A DNA stretch of 64,000 nt from a virus. Lineage: Duplodnaviria; Caudoviricetes. The notes under the pieces were generated by a model, which saw only the letters and a list, made by a program, of their open reading frames with translations, was not told the DNA's origin and did not search any database. The stretch is taken from positions 128,001 to 192,000 of the IMG/VR virus record IMGVR_UViG_3300031555_003522; one strand, 5' to 3'. A program made the position numbers and the translations under genes. Shown piece by piece: positions 9,020 through 17,305 of this stretch; the first letter of the stretch is position 1, and each line of letters opens with the position of its first letter.

Positions 9020-11731
9020 ATGAAATTCACATCATTACACCTTACCAATTACATTGGTATATATAATGGTATGGGATTATATGATATCCATATAGATATG
9101 ACAAAATCCCAAAATAGAATAATGATTATACGAGGAGATAATGGTAGTGGAAAATCAACTCTTGCAAAAGCAATGAGTGTATTTCCAGATCCCAATGATT
9201 CCTTTATTCCAGGTATGCCCGCCAGAAAAGAAATAGTTCTTGCAGATGGCCCAACTTTTTATCGACTTCTTTTTATTCATGGAGTAAAAGCAAATGGAGA
9301 TAGAGAGGTAACAAAGGCATATATAACTAAGACATTTGGAAACACAGCCATTGAATTGAATGAGAATGGTAATGTTTCTTCATATAAAGATATCTTATAT
9401 TCCGAGCTTGGATTGGATGCTAATTTTGTTGCATTATCTCAATTGAGCAATGACGATAGAGGATTGGCGGATAAGAAGCCAGCAGAAAGAAAGAGATTTG
9501 TTAATTCTATAATATCTTCACTTGAGACCTATAATAGTATTTATAAGACATTAACAAAAAGATCTACTAATCTAAAATCTATGATTAGTTCCATTGCAGC
9601 AAAACTTGGAGTTCTTGGAGATCAGCAAACCGTAGATGCAAATTTACAATCCGTTGAAGACAGAATAAACACTCTTCAGGATCTAAAAGATAAAGCTGTT
9701 ACAGAGATGGCAAAAGACCAGTCTCTTATATCTATACTAGATCCAGATGGATCTATTCAATTGAATAATACAAAAATATCTACAGATCTTGCAATTGCTA
9801 AAAAAGATGTAGAGAAAATTCAAGCTAAAATTCTTGCTATTAGACAAGAGAATTCTATACCAGATGGAGATTCTCATAATTTAAGAAGAATAGTATCTGA
9901 TAAAAAGGGATCTCTTATGGTAGCTAATCAGCTTGCTAGAAACAAACTAGAGAATTTATTAAATAGACAAGAAAATGAAGCTAAACTCTTAGGAGATAAG
10001 ACGAGAAGATTGGAGTCTCTTAAGAGTGAATATGATTATGGTATACTTGTAGACAAAATAGCTATTTATACACAAGATATTGCAGATATAGAGAATACTC
10101 TAGGAGCAATAGGAATACGAGATATAATGTCTATAAGTAAAGCTGAATATATATTGGCTCTCGAAACCCTTAGAGACTTATCGGAATATATTCTGAGATT
10201 TAAAGCTTCTACTGATTTGAAAATAATAGAAAGCATTATTGATGAGTATATGCCTACTGGAAAAATACCGGCAAGACAAAGTTCAGATGAAGATGCCAAG
10301 ATAGTTGAAGAAAGCAAATTCAAGATGGTTTCTATAGAAAAAGATGTTGATCTTTTGGAATCTAGACTTGGATTATTAGATAAACTTCAACTAAGACCAG
10401 ATGACTGTACCGATGATTCTTGTCCATTTATTAAAGAAGCTCTAGAATTTTCTAGAACTAATCCTCATAATGAAATAGATAGACTTGATGCATTGGTTTA
10501 TTCGTGCCAAGCTTTAATAGACCACCATTCTAAAGAAATAATTAGAAAAGATGATTATAATAATGCAGTAAACACATTTGCTATTATAGTAAGAGAGATA
10601 GATAAGAACGGAGCTATACTATCTAAAATGCCTAATGGTGAAATGTTTGCAGATAAAAAGCTATTCTTTTCTAGATTATTATCTGGATATAGTTTCGAGT
10701 ATATGGCAGAAATATATAAATATATTGAGTATGCCAATCTATTTGATACCTATAGACAGACTAAGCCAGTTCTTGCCGAGTATCAAGCAGAGCTTAAGGT
10801 TTATGAAAGCAAATCTGAGATTATAGAATCACTAATGAGCGATATACAATCTATAAGTATTGTATTAGACGAAATAATGAGATCTATAGACCCGATAAAT
10901 AAAGAAATTAGTGATAGAGAATTAGAAATATTATCATTACAAGAACTTGAAGGTATATACGATACCATCATTTCTTATGAAGATAAAATGAAACCACTAA
11001 TTCAAAGTATTTCTGAGCTTGAAACTATGCTGAGCAACAATCAGAAAAAAATGATAGATATTACAGAAGCATTAACTAGAATTTCTTCTCATAGAGAATC
11101 TATAGGTAGGTATACATTTGATTTGTCTCCTCTTATGCGAGAAAGAGATAAACTTGTGCATACCTTACAGATGATGAAAGATTATGAGAAAGAACGCGAT
11201 GAGCTTCAGTCGACCTATGATTTTATAGAGACTATTAAATATTACTCATCACCGACTACTGGAATTCAGTTGGTTTTCATGGAACTTTATATGGGTAAAA
11301 TAATAGCTTTAGCTAATAAATTATTGAGCCTATTATTTGGAGGTCAGTTTGTTATACAGCCGTTTGTAATAAATGAGAGTGAATTTAGAATTCCTTGTTT
11401 AGGAAATGGATATATAAATGATGATATATCTTCTATGAGTAGTTCTCAGATTGGAATGATATCGATGATTTTAAGTTTTGCATTATTGTATCATTCTAGT
11501 ACTAAGTATAATATTATTAAACTTGATGAGATCGATGGACCGTTAGATCAAAATAATAGACTATTTTTCTCAGATGTATTAAATAATATTATGGATATTA
11601 TGGGCACAGAACAGTGTATTATGATATCTCATAACTCTGAGCTTCAAGTAGATAATGCTGATGTAATTCTATTAAAGCATGATATAAACAATACTGAATA
11701 TAGAAGAGGAAATATAATTTGGAGTTATTAA
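9020..11731 (+). CDS. sbcC: SbcC/Rad50-like SMC ATPase (recombination nuclease subunit)
   Basis: Walker A GDNGSGKS, long coiled coil with central CTDDSCPF, signature-like SSMSSSQ, Walker B IIKLDEIDGPLD, H-loop ISHN. Confidence 0.92.
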   Translation: MKFTSLHLTNYIGIYNGMGLYDIHIDMTKSQNRIMIIRGDNGSGKSTLAKAMSVFPDPNDSFIPGMPARKEIVLADGPTFYRLLFIHGVKANGDREVTKAYITKTFGNTAIELNENGNVSSYKDILYSELGLDANFVALSQLSNDDRGLADKKPAERKRFVNSIISSLETYNSIYKTLTKRSTNLKSMISSIAAKLGVLGDQQTVDANLQSVEDRINTLQDLKDKAVTEMAKDQSLISILDPDGSIQLNNTKISTDLAIAKKDVEKIQAKILAIRQENSIPDGDSHNLRRIVSDKKGSLMVANQLARNKLENLLNRQENEAKLLGDKTRRLESLKSEYDYGILVDKIAIYTQDIADIENTLGAIGIRDIMSISKAEYILALETLRDLSEYILRFKASTDLKIIESIIDEYMPTGKIPARQSSDEDAKIVEESKFKMVSIEKDVDLLESRLGLLDKLQLRPDDCTDDSCPFIKEALEFSRTNPHNEIDRLDALVYSCQALIDHHSKEIIRKDDYNNAVNTFAIIVREIDKNGAILSKMPNGEMFADKKLFFSRLLSGYSFEYMAEIYKYIEYANLFDTYRQTKPVLAEYQAELKVYESKSEIIESLMSDIQSISIVLDEIMRSIDPINKEISDRELEILSLQELEGIYDTIISYEDKMKPLIQSISELETMLSNNQKKMIDITEALTRISSHRESIGRYTFDLSPLMRERDKLVHTLQMMKDYEKERDELQSTYDFIETIKYYSSPTTGIQLVFMELYMGKIIALANKLLSLLFGGQFVIQPFVINESEFRIPCLGNGYINDDISSMSSSQIGMISMILSFALLYHSSTKYNIIKLDEIDGPLDQNNRLFFSDVLNNIMDIMGTEQCIMISHNSELQVDNADVILLKHDINNTEYRRGNIIWSY

Positions 11732-11773
11732 ATAATAGAGGAAGGAGATAATCCTTCCTCTATTATTTTTTTT
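11732..11773 (+). terminator. Intrinsic terminator
   Basis: aataatagaggaagga / tccttcctctattatt plus T run. Confidence 0.85.
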
Positions 11774-11792
11774 AATATTTTACATAATCTGT

Positions 11793-11804
11793 AACATTAT
11801 TATG
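11793..11804 (+). promoter_or_regulatory. Late-type promoter AACA-N6-TG
   Basis: AACA TTATTA TG with no downstream ORF. Confidence 0.6.
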
Positions 11805-12120
11805 AGGAGAAGCTGCGTCCGCCCATATAAAATAACGCCTTTGGAATTACCCCACCTCAGCATGTTTTGGCAGAGGTTGATTTCCATTTGAGTTTTACAC
11901 TCTAACGCCGTATTTTATACGCACCTTCTTCTGACATAGCGGCTCGGGTCCTATACGATATATTTGCCACTTTATATTATCGGTAGGATCGAGCATGTGC
12001 TGGTTTCTCAATTGTCCATATGGCGATCTCCTATGTATGTTACCTTCGTGATGCTTGCGGTAAAATAAAAGTGGCAAAAGTATCCCCCGGCGTAAATGGC
12101 GCCGGGGGATATTCTTTTTT
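11804..12120 (+). ncRNA. Putative ~315-nt structured non-coding RNA
   Basis: Promoter motif and terminator (12081-12120) bracket a GC-richer ORF-less region; stems 11805-11818/11919-11932 and 11942-11960/11978-11994; pseudoknot 11963-11973/12068-12078. Confidence 0.55.
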
Positions 12121-13078
12121 AATATTCATTCATTATATTATTTCCGTCTAATACAAGAGGCCATACCTGATTGATATTTCTATTTCTTGCTATCTGAGTA
12201 TGAATATCAATTGTAGTATCCTCTAATAAGAAATTATCTGGTCTAGGATAATTAGGAATACTAGCACCAGTAGTCGTATCGATTACGTCAAAACAACGCT
12301 GACCAGTAGCCTGATTATATCTAACTACAGTCTGTACATTAGGATTAGATTCCATACGCATTCTAGCCTGTTCCGGACTCAGTCCATTAGGAGTAATTCC
12401 ATTATTGGCAACCATCTCTACACCAGAAACGCCAGCGGCAGGATTATTTACACCAAGAGTGATATCCTGAATACTAGGAGCAGGAGGTGTATAAACGCCA
12501 ACAGGAGTATTTACAAATGCAGAATAGATATCCATCATCTTCATATCATCATTAGCTTCACTCTTATCCATTTTGAGAGTCTTAAATCTATTAAGATTAA
12601 GATTATGGGCCTGAGTAATAGTGCTGTTAAGTTCTTTAATAGCAGAGATCTTGGTGGATAATAAAGCACTAGCAGATGCTGTTAAATTAGTAAGGTAAGT
12701 GTATTTACCTTTAATAGTTTTGCTAGCGCGAATCTCATCAATATCTCCTTTAATAGCTGCACTCATTTCGTCAGCCTGGACTATAGCACCGCGTAAAAGA
12801 TTATTGGTTTCAGAGTACGAAGTGTGATAGTTTGTCTCTGCTATATCTGCACCGGGTACAGGATTTATCATTCCATTTATACCCAATTGATCTTCAGGAA
12901 TAACTGTGACACTAGCTTTCTTCTTTTTCTTGGATTTGGGATCAGGATCTACTGGTAAAGATGATGCTTCTTCAGAAGTAAAGAAACTAAAATCAACACC
13001 AATACTATCATTATCATTATTGGCTTCCGGTATGCTTTGTGCAATCATACCACCAAATAAAGAAGAGATCTGTTCCAT
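12119..13078 (-). CDS. Hypothetical protein (late promoter, possibly virion)
   Basis: ATG at 13078 after GGAGG; AACA-N6-TA motif at 13108-13119 on the minus strand. Confidence 0.8.
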   Translation of the reverse strand: MEQISSLFGGMIAQSIPEANNDNDSIGVDFSFFTSEEASSLPVDPDPKSKKKKKASVTVIPEDQLGINGMINPVPGADIAETNYHTSYSETNNLLRGAIVQADEMSAAIKGDIDEIRASKTIKGKYTYLTNLTASASALLSTKISAIKELNSTITQAHNLNLNRFKTLKMDKSEANDDMKMMDIYSAFVNTPVGVYTPPAPSIQDITLGVNNPAAGVSGVEMVANNGITPNGLSPEQARMRMESNPNVQTVVRYNQATGQRCFDVIDTTTGASIPNYPRPDNFLLEDTTIDIHTQIARNRNINQVWPLVLDGNNIMNEY

Positions 13079-13155
13079 TATATAAACCTCCATTATTTTT
13101 TTTTAATTATTAAGATGTTTAAGGTAATACTTTACGACATCACAAACATTATTTT

Positions 13156-13257
13156 AATCCTTAAAGGATTAGAAATCGCTCATAACGACTTTTTGATCTG
13201 CCCTGTGTATTTGAAAATATAGCCACGCTTCTGCCGGAGCGTGGCTATATTCTTTTA
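13156..13257 (+). ncRNA. Putative ~100-nt small RNA
   Basis: AACA TTATTT TA at 13145-13156; 5' hairpin aatcct/aggatt; unpaired middle; terminator 13216-13257; no ORF. Confidence 0.55.
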
Positions 13258-13270
13258 TCATGGACAATTG

Positions 13271-13302
13271 TATATTATAATAGTGCAAAAAACTATTTAT
13301 TA
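13271..13302 (+). promoter_or_regulatory. Tandem early (TATATTAT, 13271) and AACT-N6-TA (13291) promoter motifs upstream of polB-N
   Basis: Both motifs lie within 70 nt of the start codon. Confidence 0.55.
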
Positions 13303-13339
13303 ATATCCTAAACGTACGCAATTCTATCGAATTAGGAAG

Positions 13340-16300
13340 GTGACTCTAATGATTAAAGGTAGAAATCCTGGAGACAATATAACATTGATGAATACAATGT
13401 TTGTTCAAGGGACTGATCCATCTGATGGTAAATTCCATCAAACGATGACATTGGTTTATAAAGATCTTGATAGTGGTCTTAAGCATGTAGAGGAGATCGA
13501 CGATCCTGATTATGAATATTTTATGATTCACCCAGATAAGAGGGTGGATTATAATAGATTATTTGTATCTAAAGACGATGTAGAACGTATTGTAGTTCCA
13601 TATGGATCTTTGGAAAAAGATATAGCTTTGAGGCTTGGATTTAAAGAATTCTATTACGATAATATTCGTACTGGTAATAAAGGTGAGAATAGAAAACTTC
13701 ATATCCATCCTGATCTATTTAATAGTGATATGAATATAGAGGATCACTATAAATTCAGATTTGACAAGATGTATAGAAATGAAACTTGCCCTATAACAAA
13801 AGCATTTTTTGATATTGAGGTTGATAGTATTAATATGATGGGAGACTTCCCAGAACCTGGTGAATGTCCTGTTAATGCTATAACTCTTATTTGCCAAGAT
13901 GTTCATCAAGTATATACATTCTTGTTGAGAACTAAATCCAATCCTCAGATTATTGAATTTGAAAAGCAAGTTAATGACGGCTCTATATTTCCAGAATTAA
14001 CTAATTTCGTTATAGAGGCCGTTGGTGGTCCTCAAGTAGCAGCATCATATGAGATTAATTTTAATTACAATTTCTTATTCTATGATGAAGAAGATGAGAT
14101 TAATCTTATTAAGGATTTATTTGTAGCCATTAATATTCATAAACCAGATTTTGCACTGGCATGGAATATGGGCTTCGACGTTCCGTATATTATTCAGAGA
14201 ATAATAAATCTTGGATATGATCCTTGTGACATAATGTGCCATCAGGATTTTAAACGCAAGATTGTAAAATATATGGTAGATGAGAGAATGAAAAATGAAT
14301 TGGCTGAACGAGGAGATTATGCGGCAATATCTTCTTATACTGTATATCTCGATCAGATGATCCAATTTGCGTCTCGACGTAAAGGACAAAGTAAGTTTTT
14401 ATCATTCTCATTGGATTACATCGGTGAGCATATTGCTGGTGTAAGAAAGCTTGACTATAAAGCTATAACCACGAATATTGCAGAGCTTCCTTATAAATCT
14501 TATAAGACCTTTGTATTCTATAATATAATCGACACCATAGTTCAGTATTGTATTGAGATGAAGACAAAGGATATAGATTATGTATTTGGTAAGGCTCTTT
14601 TAAATAATACAAGATATTCTAAAACCCATAGACAGACTGTTTATTTGACTAATAGAGCTGCTAAAGTTTTTGATGCACAGGGATTTATTATTGGTAATAA
14701 TGCTAATAAGTTTAATAGCAAACCGGATGAAAAATTCCCTGGAGCGTTTGTAGCAGATCCTGAAAAAGTTAATAATACTTCTCGAATGCAAATTTATGGG
14801 TTATTTATAAACTTATTTGACAATTGTGTGGATTTCGATTAAGCAATAGTCGCTTAATTCAGTAATGGATTAAGAAAACTCCCTTAATTGCTGGAAACTC
14901 TAGCAGAAGTGATATAATTGCTTCATCCATATATTATAAATATGGTGCTAGACAATCAGCAGCCAAGAAAAATTGTAAAGGAGACTTTTATCGTGAGAAG
15001 ATATGAGTTCGAAATCCCTATAGATATAATAGATCCATCTATTCTATTGAATGGGGAAAGATTTGAATATATAACAGAAGATATTGTTCCTGGGGTATAT
15101 CCATATTATATGGTATCGAATTGTGGCAGAGTATATCACAGGTATCTTCAATGTATAATGAAACAGGGTTTAGAAACGAGTGGTTATCTATTTATAACTT
15201 TAGCTACTTGTAATGGGCCAAAGATAATTCAAATGAATAGACTAGTCTTAATGACATTTGACCCTAATCCAAATTGCCATGAACTACAAGCAAACCATAA
15301 AGATGGTAATAAGCTTAACAATTATCTCTATAATTTAGAATGGGTAACAAGATCTGAAAATATTATTCATGCATATGAAACTAAACTTCATATACCAAAG
15401 AGCAGTATTTCAGAAGATCAAGCTATTCAAATAGTAGAATTACTAAAAACCAATCAATATCAGTGTAAAGAAATAGCTATTATGATGGGTATTAATGAAA
15501 ATATAGTAAATTCTATTAAGAAAAAAGAATCTTGGAAAAGATTAACTAGAGATTGCAATTTTGATGCTAGACAAGGAAAGTTATATACGGATAATGATGT
15601 TCGTATTTTATGCGAATATTTTCAAAATAATCCAAAATTAGAAGGTCTAGAATCTAAAGCTTATGTACTAGAAGCTTTGATATCTTGTGGATTTGATAAC
15701 CCACAAGATAAAGTAGATACGGCAAGAAAGATCTATTCTAAAAAACATTATACTAGAATTTCTAAAGATTACAATTTTTAAGGTTCAACGACTATCGAAA
15801 GGATAATATGAGAGAAATACTCATATGAATAACCGAGTAGAGTAGAGTTCTAGTGAACTCGAAATGGGGAGCGTCCTATAAACGGTAACAGAATATAGGA
15901 TGATGATATAGTCTAATCTATATGGTGACATATAGCAGCTTACAAGCGGTATAAGATTAACGACCTTATATGAATAAAAATGTTTGCTTCGCTATACCCA
16001 TCTTTGATCCGTCAGTTTAATATAGCAGCTAATACTATTATTGGTAAGCTGATGATTAATGACAAAGTTCATGACAAAGAAAATATTTCTGATATGGATA
16101 ACTGGACTAGAGCTGGTGCATTTATGGAAGATATTCAGTCTCAGCAGTGGCTAGAGTTTACTTCCAGATGGTTTGGACTGCCAGATTATACTGTTCTGTA
16201 TCATGAAGTAGAGAGATTCTTTACGCAGATTGCTAATGCGTATCTCGGTCTTAGGGTCTACGAAAGAGATGGAACTATAGAGCCTATCACATTTGATAAA

Positions 16301-16441
16301 GATGGTCTTATGTGTGAGCCTATTGTATTTGAAGATAACGAAAGAAGAGAGGTTATAGATACCTATATCCCTCAGAATCTAAATAAATGGATGGAGTGGA
16401 GAAATCATGCAATTATGTATCCGAACCAGCAATTTAAATAG
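13340..16441 (+). CDS. polB: Family B DNA polymerase, N-terminal part (3'-5' exonuclease plus motif A); exons 13340-14839 and 15983-16441, 652 aa spliced
   Basis: ExoI FFDIEVD, ExoII WNMGFDVPY, ExoIII YNIIDT, FPGAFV; splicing gives DFD|FASLYPS (motif A). Confidence 0.93.
14840..15982 (+). mobile_element. Group I intron in polB-N motif A, carrying an HNH ORF
   Basis: P1 cgaU/gucg with U-G at the splice site; aagcaa pairs with 3' exon ttgctt (P10); core aattgctggaa, aatcagcagccaag, gttcaacgacta, gatatagtct; terminal G at 15982. Confidence 0.92.
14993..15781 (+). CDS. Intron-encoded HNH homing endonuclease (NUMOD4/I-HmuI-like)
   Basis: YMVSNCGRV, GYLFITL, NRLVLMTF, NHKDGNKLNN..NLEWVTRSENIIHA; probable GTG start at 14993 after AAGGAG. 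Confidence 0.9.
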   Translation: MRRYEFEIPIDIIDPSILLNGERFEYITEDIVPGVYPYYMVSNCGRVYHRYLQCIMKQGLETSGYLFITLATCNGPKIIQMNRLVLMTFDPNPNCHELQANHKDGNKLNNYLYNLEWVTRSENIIHAYETKLHIPKSSISEDQAIQIVELLKTNQYQCKEIAIMMGINENIVNSIKKKESWKRLTRDCNFDARQGKLYTDNDVRILCEYFQNNPKLEGLESKAYVLEALISCGFDNPQDKVDTARKIYSKKHYTRISKDYNF

Positions 16442-17207
16442 TGGAATGATTCCTATAGCAGATTTCAAATATCTCTATGAATTAGCAAAATGCAGTAAAT
16501 GTCAAATGTTTATATTAAAGGATAATGTATTATATGGAGCAAGTGATGAATGTGCTTCTATTCATGAAATACCTGTTCCATATCAGACTAATACTGATTT
16601 AATGTTTAGAGTGGATATGGTACCCAAAGATATGCTAGATCAATATGATACATTCTTTATTCCATCTGATTTTGATTGGGTTATTTTGCCATCATATTAT
16701 TGGAATATGTATATCGCTGGTGATCTTGAAGCTCTATACTCTCCAGAAATTGATCAGTATGTGGTTCTAGATAAAACTACGAAAATGCCTATACAGCAGA
16801 TATTTATAAATAAATATAGATCTGTAGACGACTTTGCGAGAAAAAGAATGATAACCCAATTAGATGCATACTTTAATAGAACTAAAACATTATTACCGAG
16901 ATATGAATTTAGAGACATTCATACAAATCCAGCAATTCAATATATCTTTGAATCTAAAACTATAGCTGGAGAATCTTTAGTTCATCTATCCGATGGAAAT
17001 AAAAATGTAGCTTTCTATTTGTTCAAAGGAATGTTTACGTTAGGTAAATCTGATGTACTCCATGTAGATATAAGATTTGATGCATTCGATTCTAATCTAT
17101 TTGTAGCTAGTTTTAAACCGGTAAAAAAGAAGAATCCTATGACACTCAAAACATATGGAGTTCCATTCAGTGAACAAATACATTGTATGTATATAAATTT
17201 GGTATAA
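16407..17207 (+). CDS. Hypothetical protein co-transcribed with polB-N
   Basis: 266-aa ORF overlapping the polB-N stop; GGAG RBS. Confidence 0.75.
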   Translation: MQLCIRTSNLNSGMIPIADFKYLYELAKCSKCQMFILKDNVLYGASDECASIHEIPVPYQTNTDLMFRVDMVPKDMLDQYDTFFIPSDFDWVILPSYYWNMYIAGDLEALYSPEIDQYVVLDKTTKMPIQQIFINKYRSVDDFARKRMITQLDAYFNRTKTLLPRYEFRDIHTNPAIQYIFESKTIAGESLVHLSDGNKNVAFYLFKGMFTLGKSDVLHVDIRFDAFDSNLFVASFKPVKKKNPMTLKTYGVPFSEQIHCMYINLV

Positions 17208-17212
17208 TAATT

Positions 17213-17252
17213 AAACCCTGGAGGCTTATACTCCAGGGTTTATTTTTTTTTT
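17213..17252 (+). terminator. Intrinsic terminator
   Basis: aaaccctggag / ctccagggttt plus long T run. Confidence 0.85.
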
Positions 17253-17268
17253 ATACCATTATACCTTC

Positions 17269-17280
17269 AACATTTATATA
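17269..17280 (+). promoter_or_regulatory. Late-type promoter AACA-N6-TA upstream of portal
   Basis: AACA TTTATA TA. Confidence 0.7.
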
Positions 17281-17305
17281 AATTCAAGTTTTGAGGTGAC
17301 TGAAT

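Noticed and set aside
11895-12077. 60-aa - strand ORF
   Set aside because: No SD; the region is better explained by a + strand promoter-terminator unit with RNA structure.
16407-17207. Sliding clamp call for the gene after polB-N
   Set aside because: Size and position fit, but no motif supports it, so it is left as hypothetical.
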